64,000 nt of DNA from an uncultured bacterium. Lineage in GTDB: Bacteria; Babelota; Babeliae; Babelales; Babelaceae. The DNA lies in assembly GCA_963848965.1 (NCBI GenBank), contig CAWKFG010000001.1, positions 512,001-576,000 of the forward strand, in the 5' to 3' direction. Position 1 is the first letter of the stretch. Each line of letters starts with the position of its first letter. The notes under the pieces were generated by a model that saw only the letters and a program-made list of their open reading frames with translations, did not search any database and was not told where the DNA came from. Both the position numbers and the translations under genes were made by a program. Shown in pieces: positions 9,749-20,300 of the stretch.

Positions 9749-10948
9749 ATGAAAAAGCTTTTAATTTTATATACTTTTCTATGGTTCTTTTCTTTCTGTT
9801 GTGGGCATACAAAAATGCTTACTGTTGTGCCGATAACACAGGGACTACGAGTATCGTTGCATACAGAGTACAAACAAGCTTTAAACAAAGCAGCTTTTAA
9901 GAAGCTTTTTGATAAACTTATTGTTCATCCTAAAATGGTATTAGATGCTATGAGCGAAAATATAGTACCTTTTATTAATCATCCAGGTACTTATCTTGAT
10001 TACACTCTCTTTAGAAGTCTAACAAAACTTTATCCTCTCTGTTTTTTAAGTGAATGTAGAGCGCGAGAGTGTCTTGCAAGCAGAGCAAACTCATCATTAC
10101 GAGAGCAACTTGAACATGATGTTATAAAAAAGGTTAAAGAACAGTATGGACCAGAACAAGAACTTATATACGTAAGTTTTGGCTGCGGTTATCTGTTTAC
10201 AGATTGTGTTATTCTAACAAAACTTGTAGCTGCAGGTTATAAAAACATTAAAATTCATCTTATTGATAAGATGTTTAGTGAATACATACAGGCTATAAAA
10301 ATGTCTGGAGAGACCGTTTCTACAGATAGTGAAGATGTTGATAAGAAGAAGCAATCTTGGTTGCGTGCTCAAACGTACCGATTAGCAACTTTTCTTTCAT
10401 GGATGGAGCACTGTGTTGGAAAAAAGGTAGAGCTATCTCTCTATGACTCAGTAAAAGGGTACTTATGTACGGTTGAACAAGATCCTTGTTGTGCAGCTGA
10501 TATAATAACGGGAGTAGACTACTTTGAATCGCCAAATGTTAAGGCGATAAGAGACTTTAATAAGTTGGCTTTAATTGGAGCTAAAGATAAGGGACTTGTG
10601 ATATACCTTGTATCTGGTATGAGCATTGTCCAGGCTGCTGGACAATCATATTTAGAAAAGATAGCAGCCTATGGAACTTTGGTGAAAAAAGTGGCACTTT
10701 CTTATACTGAAGCGAATAAACTATGGTAGGAGTCTCATAATACTCTGGATCTTAAAGATTTTTTTGATGTTTCTATAAAAGAATTCAGAGAAAGTGATTT
10801 TAAGCTTTTGCCTAAACAGTCGGCAAGGCAATTTTTTACGTTTAAGAAAGCAGTTCTTGCTTTTGCTTTAGGTGGAGTGTGTCTAGGGGCATATTGGCTC
10901 TATAAGCACTTTGCTCAACCCAATCAAAAATCGAAAGTAGCACACTAG
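9749..10948 (+). CDS. Exported hypothetical protein (possible Rossmann/MTase-like) with in-frame TAG at 10727-10729 before a C-terminal TM tail
   Basis: GGAGG RBS and ATG 9749, signal peptide, YVSFGCG...IHLID; frame stays open 72 codons after the TAG, ending KKAVLAFALGGVCLGAYWLYKHF...*. Confidence 0.6.
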
Positions 10949-10967
10949 CTTATAAAGAGCATTTTTC

Positions 10968-12110
10968 TTACTGAGTTTGTGCCTTTTTTGCAAGCTCCTG
11001 CTTTATACTTCTTTCTATAAGAGTACGTAATCTTTGTGTAGCAGGGCTATATCCTAAGTCACTAGCTTGTTTATAGTATCTTCTAGCGGCAGTTAGGTCT
11101 TTTTCTCGCTCTGCAAGTGCTCCTAAATTGAAAAAGGAACGTACCTTGTTTTGCTCTGCAGCGAGTAGAAACATCTGTCTTGCGTGTTCTTTTTCTCCTT
11201 GGTTAAAATAGATCATACCCAATCTGTGAGCTGCTCCTGGATGACTGTACGTTACTGCTTTTAGTAGTGCCTCTTTATATTCTGATGCTTTTTGTTGTTT
11301 TTGATAAATTCTAGCAAGATAATAATAGACATCACCTAGATATGTAGGCTCATCAGAACATATTTCTGCAGTAAGAGCTTTGTTAAAATTGTATTCTGCT
11401 TTTTGTAGATCATTTTCTTCAAATGCCATAAGCCCAAGATGGTAATAAGCATAACCACAGTTTCTATTGGCAGCTATACCTAAAAGTTTTTTAGCTTCAG
11501 TTCTGTTACCTTCTTTTTTATGTATGAGCGCTAGAGCATTTGTATTACCTGATTTTTGGTACCATTTGCGTGCTTCTTTATAATCTTCTTGTTGTTCTGC
11601 AAGTTTGCCAAGATTATCATAAACACTATTTTGATTTGATGATGCTGCTTGCATATACCATCTCTTTGCTTCTTCAAAGTTTTTTTCTTGAGCTGCGAGC
11701 TCTCCTAATCTATTTTGAGCTTGCCAAGAACCATACTTAGCTGCAAGATTATATTTTTCTAGTGCTGCTTTTGCTCTATTTCTGTCCTCTGCTATATTTT
11801 GTTTTTCGATAATTTTTCCTTCAATAAAGTATGTTAATGCGTGTGCTTGTGGGGAAAAATCTTCTGCATAAGGTACTAGAGTCTGAATTGAGGACGCAAT
11901 GGCCTTTTTTGCCCACATGAGAGCATCCTTGAGATTACCCTGATCTAAATAATCTTGTGCAAGTTGTAGTTGTGCTGAAGTATTGCCTTGTTGTGCACGG
12001 CTTATTAAAAGCTTTTGACCTGGTTTAGGTGGTTGTTCCATTGCCAATAAAGATGATAGTAAAGAAAAAGAGATAAGTAATTGCAACATTGTAAATAATA
12101 TTTTTTTCAT
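10968..12110 (-). CDS. Exported Sel1/TPR-repeat protein
   Basis: Repeated AQNRLG..A..WY..AA pattern; signal peptide ending LLA|MEQ. Confidence 0.85.
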   Translation of the reverse strand: MKKILFTMLQLLISFSLLSSLLAMEQPPKPGQKLLISRAQQGNTSAQLQLAQDYLDQGNLKDALMWAKKAIASSIQTLVPYAEDFSPQAHALTYFIEGKIIEKQNIAEDRNRAKAALEKYNLAAKYGSWQAQNRLGELAAQEKNFEEAKRWYMQAASSNQNSVYDNLGKLAEQQEDYKEARKWYQKSGNTNALALIHKKEGNRTEAKKLLGIAANRNCGYAYYHLGLMAFEENDLQKAEYNFNKALTAEICSDEPTYLGDVYYYLARIYQKQQKASEYKEALLKAVTYSHPGAAHRLGMIYFNQGEKEHARQMFLLAAEQNKVRSFFNLGALAEREKDLTAARRYYKQASDLGYSPATQRLRTLIERSIKQELAKKAQTQ

Positions 12111-12362
12111 TATAAGTCCTTTTTATATTTTATTTATAATTAATTATACAATTTTAGAATAAAAAAGTCTAGTAGTGCTAGATCAGAGAAAGGAAAAAAT
12201 CTCTTTATAATTAAGGTATAGGCAGGCTAAGAAATAGCATGTTGTAAATCTAAGTCTGAGTATAATTCTGATTTATCTGGTAGGCTAATATTCGGATTGA
12301 CATTATTTTTTGTTGATTTATAATGGGCTATTATACTTAATAATCGTATATGAAAGGTTTTT

Positions 12363-12806
12363 ATGAAAAAGCACATTTTATTTTTGACAGCGGTTACTCT
12401 CATAATTCCTGCCGCACTTATGGCTATGCATCCGGAAGAGCAAACTCCATTACAAGGATTCATTGGAGGCAGTAGTATGCGCTGTATAGTGACGCCCAAT
12501 CTTATGTTGCTTGAGGGAGCGATTGCAAATAACTACAACAAAGTAGTGCAAGCGCTTGGCAAAGGGGCCTCAGCAGATGTTCGTGATGGTTATGCGAACC
12601 CTCTTCATATAGCTATAAAGAATGGCAATAAAAATATAGTAGAGCTTCTATTGCAGCATGGTGCGCGAGTAAACGCAGTAATGCAAGGTCTTACCCCTAT
12701 GCAAAGAGCAACTATGAATAATCAAGAAGAAATTATATCTCTTCTTATTGCTTATGGTGCAGAAGTTCCTGTAAATCAAGGACTAGCTCCTATGGATTTA
12801 GCGTAA
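12363..12806 (+). CDS. Exported ankyrin-repeat protein
   Basis: NPLHIAIKNGNKNIVELLLQHGARVN; signal peptide ending LMA|MHP. Confidence 0.9.
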   Translation: MKKHILFLTAVTLIIPAALMAMHPEEQTPLQGFIGGSSMRCIVTPNLMLLEGAIANNYNKVVQALGKGASADVRDGYANPLHIAIKNGNKNIVELLLQHGARVNAVMQGLTPMQRATMNNQEEIISLLIAYGAEVPVNQGLAPMDLA

Positions 12807-12991
12807 ATTCCTGCAATTATCTCGTTAAGCTTCTTATACTATACAGCAAAAGTGTAAGAAATTTTAAGAGTATGGAAGTTTTCAAGCACGAGATTTTCTC
12901 GTGCTTTTTTTATCCTTGAGCAATTCTTTACAAATAAGGACTAATTATGGTATACTGTTATTATATAATTTACTAATACTATGGAGTATCG

Positions 12992-13060
12992 ATGAGCGCT
13001 GTAAGACAAAGCTCACTTTTCTACATTTCTTTCCTTTCTATTATAGGCCTCGGCGCCTAA
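12992..13060 (+). CDS. Candidate 22-aa leader peptide/sORF upstream of ileS (MSAVRQSSLFYISFLSIIGLGA)
   Basis: GGAG 5 nt before ATG 12992; TGGTATACT extended -10 at 12948-12956; three Ile codons. Confidence 0.35.
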   Translation: MSAVRQSSLFYISFLSIIGLGA

Positions 13061-13166
13061 AGACTACCATTACATCACTTTTTATTTTCTGTTTTTTATA
13101 GGCTCCTTTCATAAGGAGTGGTATACTAAGTACGATTTTATTATTTATACTGAGAAAGGATTGCGT

Positions 13167-16091
13167 ATGTCGCGCGATACTCATGATGACTCTAAAAAGA
13201 GTTTTAAAGATACATTAAATTTACCGCATACTGATTTTCCCATAAGACCGAATCACAAGGTTGATGATGCAGTGCTAGTAGCACGTTGGGAACAGCATGA
13301 ATTATTTCATGCTTCATTTACCCATAATGAGGGTAATGAGAAATACATCTTACATGACGGGCCTCCCTATGCTAATGGAAATATTCATTTAGGGCATGCC
13401 TATAATAAGATCCTTAAAGATATTATGTGTAAATCCCGTCGTATGATGGGCTATCATGTGCCAGTTACGCCAGGATGGGACTGTCATGGTCTTCCTATTG
13501 AATTAAAAGTAACCAAAGAGCAGCCGGGACTTGAACGAAGTGCTTTAATGAAAGCATGCAGAGAGTATGCTCATCATTGGATTAATGTACAGCGAGAATC
13601 TTTTAAGAAACTTGGTGTGCTTATGGATTGGGATAATCCTTATACTACAATGAATTTTGGTTATGAAGCTACTACTATCCGAGCGTTTGGCAAACTTGTT
13701 GAAAAAAGTTTCATTGAGCGGAAAAATAAGACGGTACCCTGGTGTATGCATGACCAGACGGTGCTTGCTTCTGCTGAAATTGAGTATAAAGATAAAAAGG
13801 ATCCCTCAATCTATGTACCTTTTACTTTAGAAGCAGATGATGCACAGCGATTGTTTCCTGAAGTACAAGGACCGGTGAGCGTAGTGATTTGGACAACAAC
13901 GCCGTGGACACTGCCTTTAAATCAAGCAGTACTAGTAAAGCCACGTGCTTTATATGTGCTTTTAGAGATACATGGCACATTCTTTATCGTAGGAGCTCAT
14001 GTTGCAGATAAACTGTGCTCTTTACTAGACGTAGAAAAGAAGGTAATACGTGAATTTCATGCAGAATATCTTGCAGGATTACCTGTTCAGCATCCATTCT
14101 TACGCCGTAGAGTTCCGCTTATCTTTGATGAATCGGTAGGTACTGATGAAGGTACTGCGTTTGTACATTGTGCACCAGGAGCTGGGCCCTTGGATTATGA
14201 AATAGGGGTCAAAAATAACCTTGATATTTACTCTCCGCTTACTGATGATGGGCGCTATAGTTTGCTTGTAGAGCCTCAAGAGTTAGTAGGAATGTCAGTA
14301 GTTGATGGACAAATATGGGTAATAAAAAAGCTTGCAGAGCTTCAGAAGTTACTGTATAAAACAACGATTACTCATAGTTATCCTCATTGTTGGCGGTGCT
14401 ATAATCCACTCATATTTAGAGCGACACCACAATGGTTTTTTGACTTAGAGCGCGAGAATATTAAAGAAAGAGTGCTTGAAGCTATTGCAAGAATTGCATT
14501 TATACCAGAACGTGGTCGTAACTTTTTACGTGCAACTGTTGAAAGTAGATGGGAATGGTGCCTTTCGCGCCAACGCGTATGGGGAACTCCAATACCTGCA
14601 TTAATCTGTGCAAAATGTGATAATGCCTATCTTAATGCAGAGCTTATTGAGCGTGTAGCACAAGGTGTAGAGCGTGAGGGTATTGAATATTGGCAGACCG
14701 TTCGTGTTGCTGAGCTTATCTCTCATGACGTTCTATGTCCACAGTGTGGCTCCCATGACCTTAAGAAAGAGCATGATATTCTTGATGTGTGGTTCGATTC
14801 AGGAGTAAGTCACTATGCTGTACTATATGATAATCTTCATCTTGCATATCCAGCTGATTTATACCTTGAAGGATCAGACCAGTTTAGAGGATGGTTCCAA
14901 AGTTCACTTATTATGAGTCTTGTGCTTGAAAGTGAGCCATGTACTAAGACATTTATGTCTCATGGCTATACTGTTGATGCTAAAGGTCAAAAGATGTCCA
15001 AGTCGTTAGGCAACGTAGTACTTCCTGAAGACATTGTCAGTCAAGTAGGAACAGATGGACTCCGTTTGTGGGTAGCAAGTATTGGACATGATAGTGATCC
15101 GGTTGTGTCTGAAGTGCTCATGCGTAATGTTGCTGAAGTATATCGCAAAGTTCGTAATACGAGTAGATTCTTGCTCTCTAATTTGTATGACTTTGATATA
15201 AAGCGTAATGCAGTAGCTATAGAGAATCTGTTGCCAATTGATTACTATGCGCTTACGCAGTTAAGTGCTATAAATGCACGACTGATAGAGAGCTATGTAA
15301 AGGGAGATTTTACAGGAGTATTTCACGCTTTAGCTGATTATTGTGCTGGTGAGTTAAGTTCATTCTACCTTGATGTAATTAAGGATAGGCTCTATGTAGA
15401 GCGTGCTGATGGACATCTCAGGCGCTCTGCCCAAACAGTTTTATGGATGCTTTTAGACACTCTCACGCGTCTTACTGCACCTATACTTTCCTTTACTGCA
15501 GAGCAGGTATCTGATGTTTATCAGAAGGATAAAGAAGCTTCAATTCATCTTCAGTCTTTTGTCGATCCTGTAAAGCTTCATGAGTTGTGTTTTTCTCATG
15601 GTGAGCAACTAGTGCCAGGTCTTGTATGGCCCAATACACAACAGGCTATACAAATGCAGTATACTATAGAACTGCGTCAAAAAGAGATGAACTATCTAGT
15701 ACAATGGCAACAACTGAAGGCTCTGCGATCAATTGTGCTTAAAGCAATTGAACGTGAGCGAGAAAAAGAAGTTATTAAACATTCCTTAGAAGCACAAGTT
15801 CAGCTGTTTATTGATATGACAAAGTCTGATTATGCGCCGTTAAAGGATCTTTTTGAAGAATTTAAGCATCGTGGACAAACAGTTGATAAGTTCTTTAAAG
15901 AGTTTTTAATTGTATCACAGTTTACATTGCAGAGAGATAAAGAAGGTTTACAACCTACTGAAGCAGAGAGTGTATATGTTCTTGTTTCTCATGCACAGGG
16001 AGAAAAGTGTCCTCGTTGTTGGCAATGGGATGTTGCTGCTCATCCAGATCATCTGTGTCATCGCTGTCAACATGTACTTGAAAGTAGATAA
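13167..16091 (+). CDS. ileS: Isoleucyl-tRNA synthetase (bacterial type 1)
   Basis: DGPPYANGNIHLGH, PGWDCHGLPIE, WTTTPWTLP, EGSDQFRGWFQSS, KMSKS, C-terminal CPRCW..LCHRC zinc site. Confidence 0.98.
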   Translation: MSRDTHDDSKKSFKDTLNLPHTDFPIRPNHKVDDAVLVARWEQHELFHASFTHNEGNEKYILHDGPPYANGNIHLGHAYNKILKDIMCKSRRMMGYHVPVTPGWDCHGLPIELKVTKEQPGLERSALMKACREYAHHWINVQRESFKKLGVLMDWDNPYTTMNFGYEATTIRAFGKLVEKSFIERKNKTVPWCMHDQTVLASAEIEYKDKKDPSIYVPFTLEADDAQRLFPEVQGPVSVVIWTTTPWTLPLNQAVLVKPRALYVLLEIHGTFFIVGAHVADKLCSLLDVEKKVIREFHAEYLAGLPVQHPFLRRRVPLIFDESVGTDEGTAFVHCAPGAGPLDYEIGVKNNLDIYSPLTDDGRYSLLVEPQELVGMSVVDGQIWVIKKLAELQKLLYKTTITHSYPHCWRCYNPLIFRATPQWFFDLERENIKERVLEAIARIAFIPERGRNFLRATVESRWEWCLSRQRVWGTPIPALICAKCDNAYLNAELIERVAQGVEREGIEYWQTVRVAELISHDVLCPQCGSHDLKKEHDILDVWFDSGVSHYAVLYDNLHLAYPADLYLEGSDQFRGWFQSSLIMSLVLESEPCTKTFMSHGYTVDAKGQKMSKSLGNVVLPEDIVSQVGTDGLRLWVASIGHDSDPVVSEVLMRNVAEVYRKVRNTSRFLLSNLYDFDIKRNAVAIENLLPIDYYALTQLSAINARLIESYVKGDFTGVFHALADYCAGELSSFYLDVIKDRLYVERADGHLRRSAQTVLWMLLDTLTRLTAPILSFTAEQVSDVYQKDKEASIHLQSFVDPVKLHELCFSHGEQLVPGLVWPNTQQAIQMQYTIELRQKEMNYLVQWQQLKALRSIVLKAIEREREKEVIKHSLEAQVQLFIDMTKSDYAPLKDLFEEFKHRGQTVDKFFKEFLIVSQFTLQRDKEGLQPTEAESVYVLVSHAQGEKCPRCWQWDVAAHPDHLCHRCQHVLESR

Positions 16092-16126
16092 AAAGAGGCT
16101 GCATTACGCAGCCTCTTTTTTCTTTT
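16090..16126. terminator. Bidirectional intrinsic terminator
   Basis: AAAAAGAGGCTGC-ATTAC-GCAGCCTCTTTTTT between convergent genes. Confidence 0.85.
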
Positions 16127-16454
16127 ATCCTTCTGCTACAGTAAGAGCATCATCTATGTCATACAACTTAGCAAGCTGTTTGCCAAGTTCATGACGGGGA
16201 CTGAGACAAGTTTTGTCTGAATACTCTTGTGTAAATGGTTTTCCTAACTTTTGTTTTCGAATGGGAATTCCAAACGATCGTTCTATCTGTTTTTTAAGAC
16301 AGAGTACTGTATCTCCTGAATCAATTTCGGTTTCTACTGTTTGCCCAGTATGCTCATTTTTTATTTTGAGCACATATATTTGTATTGGTAAGGCCGATAA
16401 ACGAACGCGTGTTAATGCAAGCGGGAATTTGGCCAAAAAAAATCTACTGTTCAT
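16125..16454 (-). CDS. Eukaryote-type ubiquitin-like (beta-grasp) domain protein
   Basis: IQIYV...TGQTVETEIDSGDTVLCLKKQIERSFGIPIRKQKL aligns by eye with ubiquitin MQIFV.[37 protein letters not shown]; AGGGG RBS before ATG 16454. Confidence 0.7.
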   Translation of the reverse strand: MNSRFFLAKFPLALTRVRLSALPIQIYVLKIKNEHTGQTVETEIDSGDTVLCLKKQIERSFGIPIRKQKLGKPFTQEYSDKTCLSPRHELGKQLAKLYDIDDALTVAEG

Positions 16455-16748
16455 AGTGTGATTCCCCCTTCTAAAGAATATAAATGCACTATAAATCAAC
16501 GTAGACGCCAAAGCTTGAAGAACGAGAATAATATACTAGTTGTTTGGCGAACACTGCTTTAAAAAGTCCCTCCAGGTTAGTTAATTGGACATCTATATGG
16601 TACTGATAAAAAACATACTATAATAAATTTTCCAAGTCAATGTCAATAGTTTAAAAAAAATAAAATACTTAAATAGAAAATGTTGTTGCGATAAAAAAGT
16701 AAAGAAAAATGAGGATAAAATGATTATAAAAGTACAATCATTCAAATT

Positions 16749-17063
16749 CTATTTTTTTGTACTTGATCGGATTAAAAATTCCTGCTCTATCAAGTTATAT
16801 ATATGTGGTGAAAGGTGGTAGATATTTTTCTGAGTATCTGTATAAATACATGTTCCTTCTATGGCGGTTGTTGTTCTAAAGCATTGTATTGTTGAGGCAT
16901 TAGGAAATACTGCTAAATAGTAAGTAATATAAGCTGTTGGTGTTTGATATATTCTTACAAGAGTTTCAAGCGGAGGTATTGGCGTAGCCTTTTTTTCTTC
17001 TACTGGCTCCATGCTATACAATAAAAAAAAATTTGCAATACATAGGAAAATGCGTTTCACCAT
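16749..17063 (-). CDS. Small exported hypothetical protein
   Basis: GAGGAG RBS, MVKRIFLCIANFFLLYS|MEP. Confidence 0.65.
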   Translation of the reverse strand: MVKRIFLCIANFFLLYSMEPVEEKKATPIPPLETLVRIYQTPTAYITYYLAVFPNASTIQCFRTTTAIEGTCIYTDTQKNIYHLSPHIYNLIEQEFLIRSSTKK

Positions 17064-17316
17064 TGTGAGACTCCTCTTTATATTTTCTTTATTATAAAAA
17101 ACAATACAACCACAGGTCAAGATTGTATAATTAAAATTAGACTTTCATTTAAATGGCTTGCCATTATTATTTTCTTATAGTAAAATACGTTTTGTCTCTT
17201 TAAAATACTTTTAAGAGATGTTACATAAATTTTAAGAATTACAGTATACATGTACTATAATTGAATAGTTTAAAAATAATTTAAATTTATTATATTCGAG
17301 CATTGAGGAACATTGT

Positions 17317-20300
17317 ATGAGACAGTTTGTAGCGCTTCTGTTGCTTATGAGCGTATGTGTTGGTAACACCTTGTGTATGAAACGTGATAGAGAGGATGAG
17401 AAGCAGCATAAAAAGGTAAAAGAACCAAGAAGTAGTAAAAGTACAAAAGAAAACTCTAATTTAGAAAGAGAGCTTTTTAAGGCAATTGCTCAAAAGGATC
17501 ATACGTTAGTTCATAAGCTTATTAAGCAAGGGGTAAATATAAATACTCGAGGAACATATAAAACAACTCCTTTAATAGATGCAGTTAAAACTGGCGATAG
17601 TGAACTCGTGCGCCTTCTTCTTAGTGTAAACGCTCAGGTAAATGCTGAAGACAAGCACCTTGCTACTGCTTTAATGTATGCTGCTTATGCAGGAAATAAT
17701 GAAATTGTACGTATGCTTGCTGAAAAAAGCAAGCCTACTGAAAGTAACTCCAAAAGAGCCCTTATACTGGCATCTGCTTGTGGCCATTTAGAAATAGTAC
17801 AGTCTCTTATAGACCACGGTGTTCCTTTAGATGCTACCGAATTAGGTCAATTTTTAGGTACTTTTGTAAGCAAAGAAGATGGTGTAAAATTTAAAGGGAA
17901 CGTGTGTCCTTTAATTATTGCTTCATACTATGGTCACAGAACACTTGTTGAATGGTTCATAAAAAAAGATAAGTTCTCAATTAACACTAAATGCTATGGT
18001 CGTACCCCTTTAACAGCTGCTATAGAAGGAGGGCATAGAGACATTGTACTTATGCTCCTTAAACATGGTGCCAAAATTACTGTGGTAAAGACAGAGCATC
18101 CTCTTATTGTTGCTGTACAAAATAATCGTTATGACTGTGTAAAAGAACTTTTTGACCAAGGTCATTTTACTGCACAAACTATTGAGTATCGTACTAAAGA
18201 CGAACGAACTGCTCTTATGATTGCTGCTCAGTTAGGGTACGATAACATTATTGAGTTTCTTGTAGAAAAGTACATAATGCATGCAGTAAAATGTGAGGTC
18301 TACTATCAAGTGTTGTGTGGAGCTGTTGAAGGTGATCAAGAAGCGCTTGTGCATAAGTATATGCCATTACTGCTTGCTCTTGATGTAAAAGAAAGAACGA
18401 GAGGTATTTCTCGTGAGACGCCACTCATGCGTGCTGCTAAAATGGGTAAGGAGAAGATGGTAAAGCTGTTACTATCACTAGAAGCGTCATACTGGGACTG
18501 TAGATCAGCCTTAAGCCTTGCTCAAGACAGTGGACATAAGGAAGTAGCGGCACTTCTTGAAGGTGCTGTAAAGCGTAATACCGAAAGATACCAGCAGCTT
18601 TTAAATGCATGCTCACAAGGGGATGTGCCTCTTATAAAAGAGCTGTATCGTAAAGGAGAAGATATTTCTAATGAACCAGAAAAAAATCCTTTAATGCTTG
18701 CGGCTCAAGGTGGACATCGGGAAGCAGTATCGTTGCTTCTTGAGCATAGTACGTATAGAATAGAAGATGCTCTTCTATTAGCTGTGGAGGCTGGACATAC
18801 TGCGGTTGTAAAACTTTTGCTTGCAAAGGGCGCTCTTAATCCCGAGCGAGAATACCGTACTTTTTTTAGCAATGAGAAAAAAGTTACTCCACTTATGCGT
18901 GCAGTGGAATATGGATATACACATATTGTTGAGATGTTACTGAGTGCAGGGGCAGATATTTTTGCTCAAGATAAAGAAGGGCACAGCGCTTTAGCCTGGG
19001 CAAAGTTTAAAAACAACCATTCTATGGTAAGTATGCTTGAAGCAGAAATATGCTATAGAGAAGAATTATCCAAACGCTTTCTTCTAGCGTCAAGCTGTGG
19101 AAATGTAATTCAAGTGAAAGAGTTACTTGAGCAGCCTATAGATACTACCGTACAAGATGAAGAAGGTAGAACTGCTTTAGAGCTTGCTATTGTTAATAAT
19201 CACAAAGCAGTTGTTGAGCTTCTTATCGGATCACGAATGTACTCTCATGTCGACAAGGTTTTGGCTTTACAATATGCAGCCAAGACAAACGATAGTGCTC
19301 TCATAAAGTTTGTAGCAGATAAACTCGGTGAGCGACATATTTTAAGAGTAGACTTAAAGGCTCTTGAATGTGCTGCAATGCATGGAAATGAGAATGCTTT
19401 AAGTAGCCTTATAAACATGTATCTTCATGATTGCTATGGTCCTTCAAAAACAAAAAGGTTGAACGTTACTATAGCTACATTAGCAGGAGCTGCTCGAGGT
19501 AATAGAAGTATGCTTGTAAAGAAAACTTTAGGTAAATTAAAAAACTGGCCAGCCGATGGAAAGCGGTCGCTCCTTACTCTTGCTGCTGCAAATGGGTCAT
19601 TAGACATAGTAAAATTATTTATACAAAAAGGATGTCCTATAAATGAGCACGATGAAGAAGGGAGTAATGCGCTTATAGCAGCAGCACAAGGGGGCTTTAT
19701 AGAGCTTATGGAATTCTTGCTTGAGCAGGGTATTGATAATGCTCATGAAAATAAGCATGGTATATCTGCATTGGCATGTGCTGCAGGTACTGGTCAGAAG
19801 GATGCAATACAGATACTCCTCAAAAGAAGAGTTCCGATAACAAAAATGGCATTTCATCAAACAATAGCGCGAAATCATGAAGAGATTATAACTCTTCTCC
19901 TAGAAGCGAGTGAAGATAAACACTTTGCCCTTACTACCGCACTCTTTGAAGCTGTTATGTATGGTAGAACTACGTTGGTAGGATACTTAATAAAGCAGAT
20001 AGCACATTTAAATGTTAGAACAGAGAATAATAAGACACTTCTTATGGTTGCCATCGAATGCGATCATTGGGATATTGTAGAGCTTCTTATTGCATCAGGT
20101 GTAGATCTTTATGCCTGCGATGCACAAGGGCGTAGTGCCTTGCAGGTAGCGCAAGAAAAGGGAATGGAAGAAGCTTTTGAACGTATGTGTACTCATGCTT
20201 TACAAGGCAAAAATGAGATTTTACAAAGATTATTTAAAGCTGTTAGTGAGAATGATAAACCTTTGTTAGAAGAACTTTTAAAGAGTAAAGCTCACGTTTC

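Noticed and set aside
10727..10729. Genome-wide TAG recoding
   Set aside because: ruvC and several other genes end normally at TAG
13100..13135. AAGGAGTGGTATAC as a T-box before ileS
   Set aside because: Lacks the GGTGGNACCGCG core, specifier stem and following terminator
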